Translations under genes and position numbers: made by a program
NCBI RefSeq assembly: GCF_030028105.1
Contig: NC_092400.1
Location: 30,586,206 to 30,650,205 of the forward strand
DNA length: 64,000 nucleotides
Direction: 5' to 3'
Origin: Mobula birostris
Lineage: Eukaryota
The notes under the pieces: generated by a model
What the model saw: the letters and a program-made list of their open reading frames with translations, nothing else
Told to the model about the DNA's origin: nothing
The model's database searches: none
In this document: piece after piece, positions 25,631 through 37,732 of the stretch
How positions within the stretch are numbered: the first letter of the stretch is position 1
Layout of the letters: each line of letters starts with the position of its first letter

Positions 25631-26847
25631 TGTCACAATGGGGGCGTTGAGAACAGATCCAAATGTGAGACACAGACACTGAAGTACAAGGAACAGGACT
25701 TGACTAGAGTAGGGACGTGACAGGATACAGACAAGGAGCAGGGACAAGAACGCAGACAAGGAGCAAGGACAAAAACGCAGACTAGGGCCAGGACATGGAC
25801 TAGACAGGGAACCTGGACAAGGAACTATGAACAAGGAGCCTGTGCTTGGAGTCCGAGCCAGAGACTGGACAAGGACCTAGAACCTGGGTCTTGCCTCGGG
25901 CTCGGTCCCCAGAACCAGGCAAGGACATGACATGGCTACAGGACAGGACGTGGCTGGGGTCTTAGTTCTTGAGTCTTGAGGCTAGAAGCTAGGGACTTAG
26001 AATGCGGAGGCTGATAACTCAGAAGCTGGAGCTCAGAGACAGACTGGGAACTGTACATCAACATAGAGCCAGGACTTATCCATCGAAAAGCCAGGACTCA
26101 TCTTTAACATGACACCAATACAAGACTGGACAGTACATTGACATAGAACCAGGACTCAACTTTACCTCCACACCAAGGTGGGACAGGTCCACTTGTTGGG
26201 TAATGGCAGAACAGCCAGACTTACCCAACAGAGGCGAGGACAAGACAAAACAAGACAGGACCCCCCACAGGGCAACGGCAGAACAGCCTGACTTCCCCAC
26301 CGAGGCAAGGACAAGACAGATTCCCCACAGGGCAACGGCAGAATGGCCTGACTTACCCCATAGAGGCGAGGACAAGAAGAGACAAACACCAAAGAACAAC
26401 AGACAGTTTCTTCTCTGCATCGGGGTTGCTCCGAGTCGCAGTTCAGCCAGCAACCTCAGCTGGCTACGGAAACAGCCAGATCCCTACCTAGCTCAGAGCG
26501 GCTGGCAGTCACTCAGCTGGCATGGGAAACAGCCGAATCCATACCACAAAGACAGCTCCGACTGCCGACAGCAGGGCTCCATGAAGCGATGGTTCTCCAA
26601 CATGGCCTAAAGATGACAAGTGGCCGCTCTAGCCTTCCACCAGCAGGTTGCTCCCAGGAAATCTTGACAAGACAAACCAGCAGCTCACACTTGAGCCCAA
26701 GGCTACTTATATTCCAAGCCCCAAGATGGGAATCAGGTGCCTATGAATAACTCAAACAAAACAAGGGACAGCTGGAAGACCCGGAATCCTGAGTCCACGG
26801 ACCGGACTGTGAACCGGAATGTGGACTTTACGGACCGGACCATGACA
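25631..26847. mobile_element. Solo LTR or non-autonomous LTR element, 1217 bp, with internal tandem repeats
   Basis: TGTCA...TGACA termini and a 5-bp TSD GTTAG. The empty site is seen in the paralogous spacers (~3630, ~10335). Confidence 0.85.
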
Positions 26848-27560
26848 GTTAGAGGTTAATGACTACTCAGACAGAGTATGAGGTGTTCCTCCTCCAACTT
26901 GTGTTTGGCTTCATCGTGGCAGTGTCCTGAGCAGCTCTTCCAGGTGAGCCGGGCATCCACATCCATCTCCTATGGTCTTGTTTATTGTATCAAGTGCTTC
27001 CGATATGACATCTTCTACATTGGTGAGACCAGTGCAAACTAGGCCTTCCTCTCTTACCAGATTCCTTCATCTGCAGTCCTTTATCGCCTCCAGCCATCAC
27101 CTCCCAGCTTCTGTCCCCATGTCCACTCCTCCTTCTTCCATCTGCCTATCATCCCTTCTCACCTGGATCCAGTTTTTGGTCCACCCCTTCCCCTCACTTC
27201 TTAATATTGGCCATCTCTGTTCTGTCTTTCAGTCCAGATAAAGAATGTCACATTGACTGTCCATTTCCATCCATAGATGCTGCCTGACATACTGAGTTCC
27301 TCCAGTATCTCTTCTGGAGCTTCACATTTATCAAGTTCTGAGTTGATTGAGAAGTTTCCATGTCGGAAATTCCTGGGACCCCACACCAGCGGCACAAGTG
27401 ATTTGCAGTGAGACTTACCTCACTTTCCCACTCTTTGGTGCTCCTGTGGTCAAGATAAATGGAATGACTCCATCTATCTTCCCTTCTGCTTATTCCTCTG
27501 AAACACTGAACAGATGTAAATGTTCATTTCCGGGACTTGGTCACTTTGTCAGATTGTACT

Positions 27561-27998
27561 TGTTCTGTTGTGAAAAAGTCACCAGAGAGACACTAAAGTT
27601 TGTGGATATAGAAGTGTTTTATTCAACAAAAACCAGCAGCAGGCATCATATTGAGACACTTTTGTAAGAGGAGGCCTGCTCGACCCAATATTACATGACA
27701 TTTTATATGCTGAAGATCAAAGGTAACAACACAGCAATTCTACCATTTCAATGTATGTACAATACTTCCTTTTGAATTACATATAGTTATCACACGCCAT
27801 CTCCTTTGCACCCACACTCCAGATACCCAAAATGAATATTAAACTCCACTGACTCTCGGCTGCATTCATGCATATGCAGGCTTCTGAGGTCTGATTGTTC
27901 TGAGCTGTGCCTTAAATTCAATCTACAATCCACATTCAAGTCTGAAGATTAGTTGCTGGTGAAATTAATATTTGCCAACTTCAGAATACACCCTAACA
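27561..27998 (-). mobile_element. Solo LTR, 438 bp
   Basis: TGTT...AACA termini and a 5-bp TSD GTACT. TATA-like and AATAAA signals on the minus strand. Confidence 0.7.
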
Positions 27999-29009
27999 GT
28001 ACTCCTTTAGAGAGTCATTGCAATTCAATGCAGAAATGGCCACCATGTCCATACCAACCACTAAGCTCCGATCTTATACCCATCCTACACTCATCCCTTG
28101 TTTATTTCATAGGACCTCGTGTGGGAGACCCATATCTCATTCATTAACAAAAAGTCTTGGCAGAGAATGTTGGTAAGATGTTCTTACCCAAAATCTATTG
28201 GTGCAATTCTTCATAGAGAGCATCCTCACATCAGCCATTACTATCTGGTTTGGTGCAATACAGAAAAACTACAGCCAACTGTCAGGTCAGCAGAAAACAT
28301 TATTGGCTGCAGTCTACCAACAATGCAGGGGTCGTATGTGTCCAAAACAAAGAAACAGGCGGAAAAAGTCATTGTGGATATTTCCCACCCAGCAAACGTC
28401 CTTCATTTGTTTGCTTTGATTATGAGAAGATTGGAGTGCAGGAGTAAAGATGTCTTACTCATTTATTTAGTACCATTATTACACCACAGCTGGAGTATTA
28501 CGTAGACGATTATCTCTTTAGACAAGAAAGAAAATACATGCTATTGGGGTAATGTGGTGAAGATCAACTCGACTACCTTCTGGGATAGGGAGTTTACCAG
28601 TGAGTATTTATAGGCAAGAAATGAAGGCCCAGAGATGGTCTGTCCTGAGGTTGGAGGCCAGTCTGACTGTGTGAGTGGGTGTGAAAGGGGACTGTTTTGC
28701 TTTTATTGTTGCTGTTGCTACTTTTACTGTGCAGATGAACATTGGTAATTTGTGGGCTGCCCCCAGCACATCCTTGGGTTATGTTGCATGATAACACAAA
28801 TGACACAGTTCACTGTATGTTCCAAGTACATGTGATAAATAAATTTGAGTCTGAAGTCTGCAATCTCCAGACATCAGCAGAATGAAAAGTGACCTCATTT
28901 AAAGTTACCGATTCCTACTGGCCTTGGCAGTTTGTATGCAGAAGGGATGTTTCCTCTGGCTTAGGGCTTTAGAATCTGGGGTCACTGTCTCAGAACAAAG
29001 TCACTTGTA

Positions 29010-30095
29010 AAAATGCCATCCTCTTCTCTCAATTCCAACACCTCTGCCCGCACCTGCTCTCAGGATGAGGCTTTTCATTCCAGAAAAAATGAGATGTCTT
29101 CCTTCTTTAAAGAAAGGGACTTCCCTTGCTCCACCATCAATGCTGCTCTCACATGCACCTCTTCCATTTCATGCATGTCTGCCTTCACCCATCCCCCTGC
29201 CACCCCATGAGGGATAGGGTTCCTCTTGTCCTCACTTACCACCCCATCAGCACAAAATTTTCCGTAATTTCCGCCATCTCTAACAAGATTCCACCACCAA
29301 ACACATCTTCCCTCACCTCCACTTTCCACTTTCTGTAGCGATCACTCCCTATGCAATTCCCTTGTCCACTCACCCCTCTCCACTGATGTCCCTCCTTGTA
29401 CTTGCCTTTGCATGTGGAACAAGTGCTACACCTACTCTAATGAGGCACTATTCATGGCCCTTTCCAGGGGAGGCGACACATCACCTTGACTCTGTTGGGG
29501 TCATCTACTGTATCTGGTGTTCCTGGAGTGGCCTTCTGTACATCGGTGAGACCGCTTCACCGAGCATCTATGACCCATCTGTTGGAAAAAGCAGGATCTC
29601 CTGGTGGCCCCCATTTCAATTCTACTTTCCAATCCCATTCCGACGTGTCAGTCCATGGTGTCCTCTACTGCTGCGATGATGCCACACTCAGGTTAGGGGA
29701 GCAACACCTTATATTTCATTTGGGTAGCCTCCAACCTAAAGGCATGAACAACAATTTCTTGAACTTCAGGTGGTAATTGCTCCCCCCCCCCCACCCCCGC
29801 TTCACCATTCCTCATTCCCATTTTCCCCTCTCACTTTATCTCACCTCGCTCTGGTGCTCCTCCTCTTCCCTTTCTTCCATTGCTTTCTGTCTTCTCCTAT
29901 CAAATTCCCCTTCTCCATCCCTTTCCCTCTTTGATCTATCAGTTTCCCAGCTCTTACCTTCACCCCTCTCCCTCTCCCAGTTTCACCTATCACCTACCAC
30001 CTTGTACAAACGTTTGTACTTCTTCCTCCCCTCCCCCCACCTTCTTACTCTAACTTCTCATCTCTTTTTTCCAGTCCTGATGAACAGTCTCAGCA
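29010..30095 (+). mobile_element. Degenerate Penelope-like element 3' fragment
   Basis: CSQDEAFHSR and GVIYCIWC...LLYIGET (GIY-YIG) are homologous to 59670-60800. Confidence 0.8.
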
Positions 30096-30163
30096 ATTTT
30101 GGACCCCGCCATATCTTCATCTTGGAGTATGACCATCCCACTTCCCCAGAAGGTGGTGAATGG

Positions 30164-30630
30164 CACAGCACATCACACAAACCAATCTTCCATCCTTGGA
30201 CTCACTTTACACTGCACACCGTCGGAGCAGTGCTGCCAGGATATTCAAGGACACGGCCCACCCAGCCAACACACTTTTTGTCCCTCTTCCCTCCGGGAGA
30301 AGGCTCAGGAGCTTGAAGATTCATATGGTCAGATTTGGGAACAGCTTCTTTCCAACTGTGATAAGACTGCTGAACGGATCCTGACCCGGATCTGGGCCAT
30401 ACCCTCCAAATATCCGGACCTGCCTTGGTGTTTTTTGCACTACCTTACTTCCAATTTTTCTATTTTCTATTTATGATTTATAATTTAAAATTTGAATATT
30501 TACTATTTTTAATATTTATTATTTGTAATCCAGGGAGTGGGAAGCGCAGAATCAAATATCGCTGTGATGATTGTACGTTCTAGTATCAATTGTTTGGTGA
30601 CAATAAAGTATAATGTATAAAGTATAAAGT
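30164..30630 (+). mobile_element. Rex1/Babar-type LINE 3' end
   Basis: AQHITQTNLPS...LFVPLPSGRRLRS plus the same 3' UTR and tail as 5308-6137. Confidence 0.8.
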
Positions 30631-32348
30631 AGCACTGCCCCAATGCTCCCTGTCCTTCCTCTTACTTGCCACACCAGCTGAGAAGGACAAGCTTTGTGGC
30701 TTACAAGGAATGGACAGCATGCAAAAAGAGCTGGCAATCCCTGAGGAGCATTGTCCAAGGCCACAGATCAATATCCTTTCATTGTTCCAAAGGGAGCCAA
30801 TGCTGTGTACCAAATCCCCTTTTGGACCCCACCATATCTTCATCTTGGAGTGTGACCATCCCACTTCCCCCAGAAGGTGGTGAATGGTGATGACAGAATC
30901 ACAAGAGGGAATGGCTCCCCACACCGCCCCACTGCAGCAAAATGATCCCCCAGGCTGCTGTTCTCAAAACAGGGGAGCACTTTGTGCGGAGATGAACCTC
31001 TGCTGCTTGACTGACACAGGTAGAAGACACAGGCAGTAGCAGTGAGAGTAGGAAGTACTAGTGGTGGGGACTTGCTGAGTGAACAGGATATTCAGCTCCT
31101 TTTTCTAGTTCCCAGCATATTGTGCCGAAGGATACAAAGTCAGCATCAAATAGAGAGTGGTGACGTGGACCAGGTAACGAGAGGGTTTAGGGTTTGGGCA
31201 CTTGCAGGGAAAGAAGTGAAAATGACGGGATCAGAATGAAGCAGAGTGTGAGGGATGTGACAGGCATGCCACTGTGAGAAGGGTTTGTGGGTGGTAGAGG
31301 AAGGGAAATCCTATTCTTTGAAGAAGGGAGATATCTCTGATGCTCTGCAGATCTGTTCCTAGGATGAGGCTTTCCTCTCCAGAACCTTGGAGATGTCTCC
31401 CCACCCCTACTCAACACAGGGATCGGACTCTCCATTATCCTATCTCCTCCAAGCTTCTCACTTCATTCCCTTTCCCCATCACCTTATAGCTTGCATTCCT
31501 CCCCCTCCCCCAATTTATTATTCTGCATTATTCCCATTTCTTTCCAGTCTGGGCCCCAAACATAGGCTATTTATTCCTCTCCATAGCTGCTGCCTGACCT
31601 GCCCAGTTCCTCCAGTATTTTACCGTGTGTTGCTCTGGATTTCCAGCATCTGTAGACTCTCTTGTGTTTAGACTGAGCCTCAGCAATGTGAAGGTCGATT
31701 TTAATTTCATAGGCACAGGTGCAATGAAAAACTTGCGCAGGCACAGAGTACAGACAGGGACAGGAGGGGAACAGTGAAGAGGACAGGGCCCCTGAACAGT
31801 GGGTGGAGGGATTCAGACTCTGACATACAAGTAAGTTCATTTTGAGATGCGAGACGTGTTTTAGAGGAGGGCAGTTTGCCCCGTGGGTTGGAATGTTATT
31901 CCGGGTGTCTGAATAACTAGAGCGAGAGTCTGAAGGAAAGATGCTTTTTAAAAATAAAAACAAGTGATCAGCGCATATTGAGTCAGCATTGATGGGGCCA
32001 GGAAAAGAGATGGAAAGGAAAGAATCGCTTCTCAACTTTAAACCATAACCTCTATTTCTAGTGTCACCCAACCTCAGTGGGGAAAAAAGCCTGCTTGCTT
32101 TTACCCCATCTATACCGGTCATTATTTTGAATACCTCTATCAAATCTCCCCTCATTCTCCTTTGCTTGTTATGCAAACTTCAGCAAACTCTTTCTGGGAA
32201 CCTTTGGGATGGTGGAAAATATCCTGAGGTTAAATAAACTGGAGTGAATCCAATAGAATGGCCTGTTTGGTCTTGGAAGTGATACTTGACCAGATATTAA
32301 TCAATAGTCTTTTGACCATGTTCTCATTCATCATTTTATTTCTTGCAG

Positions 32349-32524
32349 CGCCACTGCATAATACAAGCAAAGCACATCTCGAACTAATCCAATTTGCAAA
32401 CAATAACGAGATGACAGATGGAGAATTTTCTGCTTGTTTTACGGAACTTCAGAGATCATTTGTGAAGTAGCAATTTCCAAAGGTTAAAGACTTGATTCGC
32501 CTGCTGAAATATTGGTACAAGGAG
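32349..32524 (+). CDS. OASL: OASL-like exon (equivalent to OAS exon 3) with a nonsense codon
   Basis: [34 protein letters not shown] carries the OAS CFTELQ and LIRLxKxWY motifs. Splice sites ttgcag| and |gtgagt. Confidence 0.88.
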
Positions 32525-33547
32525 GTGAGTGACGGAAGAAAGTGATAATGGTTAATCATTGAAAGCCTATGGAAGGGTTGTTGTATCAAACCTAAAATGC
32601 TATCTTGCTTTGATATCTCAGATTACACCTTCTTCCTCTTTGGCATTTCCTCAGGATCATGGAGTAAGTGTGTCCCTAGTCCAATGCATCAGGTTCTCAA
32701 TACAGTCTTGAATATCCCTTCTCCAAGTTTGAATGGTTATGGACCGAAGATCCCCAGAATCTTTGGGGATGTTGCTATTTGCTTTTGTCTGCCAAGGACC
32801 TGCCCAATAGCCAATGCAGGAAACCCATGAGATACCATTGTATGTTTGTTGGTAGAACACAGCTCTCCAATGAAATCACTGACTTCCATGGTACAATTTT
32901 GGATTGAGTCCCTAGTTTCCAGAGTATCCTCCCAGCATGCAACCTGCTTCAGGCTAGAAATGGTCAGAAAGACATTTCTAATTGAATTCAAAATTTATTT
33001 TTGATTCAATTTCTCATTCGGTTGAGATTTAACCTAAGGATGTGATGGTCCTCTCTGCTTGACTGATGGCGCCACAGCACTATCAGAGATTGGACAACAT
33101 GTACTCCCCAACTGACTGACAATATACAGATCATTTCGTCATTTCCATCATCGCCCTGTGTGAAATCTTGCTTTACACAAATGGGGTACTTAAATCCAAG
33201 TCTTTTCTCTATATGTTCTTCTGGTACTCTCAGAACATTCATAAGGCCAAGAAAACAGGAGGAAGAGTCATCCCATGGGAGTTTGACTTCAGGCTGTGAT
33301 CGTGGCTGACCTGACCTAGATCTCAGTGCAGATTCAGCAATTTGTGTGGTGGAGATGTTGAGATAGGGGCCACTCGGGAATGATCCCATGTAGCCATTGG
33401 TCTAGGTGTGGTCTTGGCATGTAACCTCAGGGAGGCTGTTTCATCAGAGAAAATAATGAAGATTCGAAGTATAGAACCAAAACAGAGGGTAATGAGTGTG
33501 CTTAACATCACATTTGCTTATCGGTGATTGTCAATAATTCTCCCTAG

Positions 33548-33798
33548 TATGTCAAGCCACGGAAGTCAGAGCTGAGAAATGGAGCACGACTGCCTGCAAA
33601 GTATGCCTTAGAGTTATTGACCATTTATGCCTGGGAGGAAAGTAATCATCAAGAGAGATTTGACACGGCTGAAGGGTTCCGCACAGTCCTGGAACTGATC
33701 TGCAGATATCAGGATCTATGTATCTACTGGACTAACTACTATGATGTCAATAATGCAGTTCTTGCAGACTTCATAATCAAGAAACTCCACAACAGAAG
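33548..33798 (+). CDS. OASL: OASL-like exon (equivalent to OAS exon 4)
   Basis: LPAKYALELLTIYAWE...AEGFRTVLELICRYQDLCIYWTNYY. Splice sites ccctag| and |gtaagg. Confidence 0.93.
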
Positions 33799-33929
33799 GT
33801 AAGGTTCCCAACCACACTTCAAACTATGCCAAATAATGGGACCCTTTGTTTTTAAATTGGGTTCACCTTCTGGATTCTTGTACATACAGGTCCAATAGAA
33901 AGTATTACATGGCATCACATTCTTAAAAC

Positions 33930-34430
33930 ATAAGACCACAAGGTATAGGAGCAGAATTAGGCCATTTGGCCCATCAGGTCTGCTGTCATTTTATTATGGC
34001 TGTTTCAATTTTCCCCTTAGCCCCAATCTGCTGCCTTCACCTGTATCACTTCATGCACTGATCAGTCAAGAATCTATCAATCTCTGCCTTAAATATACAT
34101 AAAGGCTTGGCCTCCACAGTTGGCTGTGGCAAAGAATTCCACAGATTCATCACCCTTTGGCTAAAGAAATTCCTCCTTATTTCCAATCTAAAAGGACACC
34201 CTTCTATTCTGGGGCTGTGTCCTCTGGTGTTAAACTCTCCCACCATAGGAAACATCCTCTCCACATCCACTCTATCATGGCCTTTCACCATTCATTAAGT
34301 TTCATTGAGATCACCCTCATCCTTCTGAATTCTAGTGAGTGCAGGCACAGAGCCATCAAATGCTCTTCATATGACAAACCATTCAATCCTGGAATCATTT
34401 TCGTGAACCTCCTTTGAACCCTCTACAGTT
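33930..34430 (-). mobile_element. CR1 LINE 3' fragment in an OASL intron
   Basis: RGHSPRIEG...RRNFFSQRVMNLWNSLP is the CR1 C-terminal motif. Confidence 0.8.
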
Positions 34431-35267
34431 CCGAAGGTAACATCTGAATGTATCTCTTAATGTTCCTCATTTCCTAACTAACCACTGTTGCCTACCTTAC
34501 TGAGATGATTGACTTCAGAGTCCTCAGCCTTATTTACAATTCTCTACACCATTACAGTCTACCGTCTGTCACCTCACCATTTTTTGCCTCCTCAAGCTCT
34601 TTTAGCCAGTGTTTCTATTTCACTTTTTGGCCATTTTCCATCAGTAGTAGTATTTTCTGTCAGCTTTCTCTCATCTTATGGAGTTTTCCGTAGAGTACTT
34701 CCTCATTTCAAAGTTTGACTCAAAATCTCAGAGTACATTCCTCACATTTTGTGGATGTCCATTTCTGTTTCTGTTGTGATGGCAGATGGGGAATGTCTAG
34801 ATCTGTACGCATTGTGACACGTTTTCAGTGATACACCTGTTTGAATTATTGTTACCATGTTTGGGAATACTGTGATGATCAATGACAAATTCTGAGGCTG
34901 CGGAGGAATGGAGAGTTGAGGCCACAGACACTACCATTGTAGCGGACTAGAGCTGGGCAGGAAAGTTGATTCCTTTTTCTGCTCATTGTGCTGCCTGTGT
35001 ATGGGATGGGGAATGGGGGGCTTTGATGTTCTGATGTTCCTGTCATTCATTCATTTGTTTTTTTTAATTTTGTGGATGTCTGTGAAGAGTAAGAATTTCG
35101 AGTTGTGTACTGTATACTTTCTCTGATAATAAATTGAACAATTTTGTCATAAACTGATGGAGGATTAATGCAAATTGATCACAAAGATGGCCATTATACG
35201 CAGTGCGTGTACTGTCAGCAAATAGCTCAAAGTTCAATGTTGTCATTGGAATGGTTTTATTTTTCAG

Positions 35268-35400
35268 ACCGATCATTCTTGATCCAGCTGATCCAACTGG
35301 AAACGTGGCTTCATCAGATGGTTGGGATGTGATGAAAGATGAGGCCAGGAAATGGCTAAGCATGCCTTGTGTCTCTAATGTTGAGGCATGGGATGTCCAG
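35268..35400 (+). CDS. OASL: OASL-like exon (equivalent to OAS exon 5)
   Basis: RPIILDPADPTGNVA...WDVQ OAS signature. Splice sites ttttcag| and |gtaaga. Confidence 0.95.
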
Positions 35401-35906
35401 GTAAGAGTTTGAATAATTGATTTTCAGATATAAGGGAGTGGAAATACATTATTCCCCATCTTCTGTCACTCCGCCAGTGTCTGGCTACTGATAAACATCC
35501 CAGACTGCCTCTGCCCAGGGGATATGCTACAGTCTGTCACAGGCCTTCTGATTTTGCACTGCTTGAATTGTCCTCTATGGTAATTTGCAGTCCCTGGTGC
35601 TGAAAACCAGCCACCTGACCTCACTATGTTGCACATTATTGGTTGAAGTTTTGAGCTAAACCAGGTCCTGGTGACGATGGCACATGTGTTACGTGCAGAT
35701 TTGAATGCCTTGTGACATGGTTCTATTTCATTATCTAGGTTAATCATCCTAAATGTTTAAAGCCTAACCATTTTAAAATACAGCTGATTACCAGGTAATA
35801 CACAACCGAAGCCAGGGGTGACCCAGCTTTTGGGGTCTTGAACTGTGGATTTATACAACATGTTTAATATTGGAAAAAACTTCCTGAGGTGGCAATCTTA
35901 TTGAAA

Positions 35907-36270
35907 CCTATCGAATATTGAAAGGGCTAGACCGTGGACGTGGAGTGGATGCTTCCGACAGTGGGGACTCTAGGACTAGAGGCCAAGCCTCAATAGAGGG
36001 ACATCCATTCAGAATGGCGATGAGAAGGAACTTCTGTAACCAGAGGCTGGTGAATGTGTGGAATTCATTGTCACAGACAGATGTGGAGGCCAAATCACTT
36101 ATTGTATTAAAAGAGGAGGTTGATTGGTTCTTGATTAGTCAGGGCGTCAAAGGTTAAGAGGAGAAAGCAGAAGAATGGGGTTGAGAGGGAAAATAAATCA
36201 GCCATGATAGAATGGTGGAGCAGACTCAATGGGCTGAATGGCCTAATTCTGTTGCTATGTTTTATGGATT
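35907..36270 (+). mobile_element. CR1 LINE 3' fragment
   Basis: MRRNFCNQRLVNVWNSL plus a CR1-type 3' UTR. Confidence 0.75.
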
Positions 36271-37154
36271 TAAGTTTTCAGTGATGTGTCTAGGAAAACT
36301 GATCAGCAGTAGTATCTGGGGCTGTGGAGGAATGGGCAGTTGAGGTTATAGACATAACTATTTTACCCAGGTCAATCCAGAAAAGTTCAGTTCTGGTTGA
36401 TTTCTTTTTCTCCTACTCCTTGTGTTCGATTCACTAAGTTGCTTGACTACAACTGGTAGAAATGACTATAAAATTCAACAGAAAAACTGAGTTACAGCAA
36501 GTGAAATTAACAAGTATCTAACCTGTAACTTGATGATCACACCAAAGTGGGTTCCTTTTTTGATTGTATCTTCAGCTGTGTAACATTAATGAGACGTGGT
36601 TTAATATCACAGGCACATGTCATGAAATTTATTATCTTTGCGACAATGCAGTACATAATAGAGGAAAAAATGAATTACATTATGTGTGTGTGTTTATTAT
36701 ATCTTAAATAGTTGAATTAAGTAAGTAGTGCAAAAAAGAAAGTTGTGGTGTAGTTTTCGTGGCTTCAATGTCCATTCAGAGAGGAAGAAGTTGTTGGGTG
36801 TGACCTTCAGGCTTCTGTACCTCCACCCTATGGTAGCAATGACAAGAGGGCATGTCCTGGGGAGGGGGGGGGTCTTTAATGAAGGACGCCACACTTCTGA
36901 GGCATCACTCCTTGAAGATGTCCTGGATACTACGAAAGCTAGTGCCCATGATGGAGCGGACTAATTTTACAACTCTGTGCTGGTTACCTAATCCTGTGCA
37001 GTAGCTCCACTCCCACACACCGCCCATACCAGACGGTGATGCAGTCAGCTAGAATGCTCTGTCGAAATTTGCAGGTGTTTTTGGTGACAGACCAAATAGT
37101 GGAGAATGGAGCTCCAAATGAACAGCAAATCAGAGTTATCTTCTGATTGAGACC

Positions 37155-37495
37155 ATGATATACAAGATATTAAGAGGAATAGATAGAGTGGACAGCCAAC
37201 GCCTCTTCCCCAGGGCACCACTGCTCAGTACAAGAGGACATGGCTTTAAGGTAAGGGGTAGGAAGTTCAAGGGGGATATTAGAGGAAGGTTTTTTACTCA
37301 GAGAGTGGTTGGTGCGTGGAATGCACTGCCTGAGTCAGTGGTGAAGGCAGATACACTAGTGAAGTTTAAGAGACTGATAGACAGGTATATGGAGGAATTT
37401 AAGGTGGGGGGTTATTTGGGAGGTAGGGTTTAAAGGTCGGCACAACATTGTGGGCCAAAGGGCCTGTACTGTGCTGTACTATTCTATGTTCTATG
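37155..37495 (+). mobile_element. CR1 LINE 3' fragment (same subfamily as 945-1725)
   Basis: High identity to 1390-1725. Confidence 0.88.
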
Positions 37496-37732
37496 ACAGC
37501 CTACTCTGCACTATTCTAGCTCGTATTCCCACAGCACGCATCCACCCTCACTTCAGCCTCTGCAATTTATTCCACAGAGTGCTCCTGGTGCAAGTGTAGT
37601 TTCGCACACTAACGACACCCATTGCCACCCTTCAAGTTGTTGTTTCCCATCTCCCTCTTTTGTTTTCTGTCGCCTCTGAAGTATAAAAGGAACATATTTG
37701 ACTTCTGCCCATTTTTGTTTTGTGTACCTCAG

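Noticed and set aside
25289-26610. Cys/hydrophobic or repetitive ORFs as novel proteins
   Set aside because: Low-complexity translations of an LTR element and Penelope debris.
27413-27500. Strong minus-strand donor (AG|GTAAGT) with an upstream acceptor, as an extra exon
   Set aside because: No recognisable product or partner exon. It cannot be supported without transcripts.
31713-31830. AG/GT-bounded segment encoding ...RDSDSDIQ as the missing OAS catalytic exon
   Set aside because: No GGS..KGT motif, wrong length and context, and it starts in repeat-like sequence.
37622-37732. N-terminal part of the 202-aa ORF as a signal-peptide-like leader
   Set aside because: It starts at a non-ATG codon and is the polypyrimidine tract/intron upstream of the acceptor at 37733.
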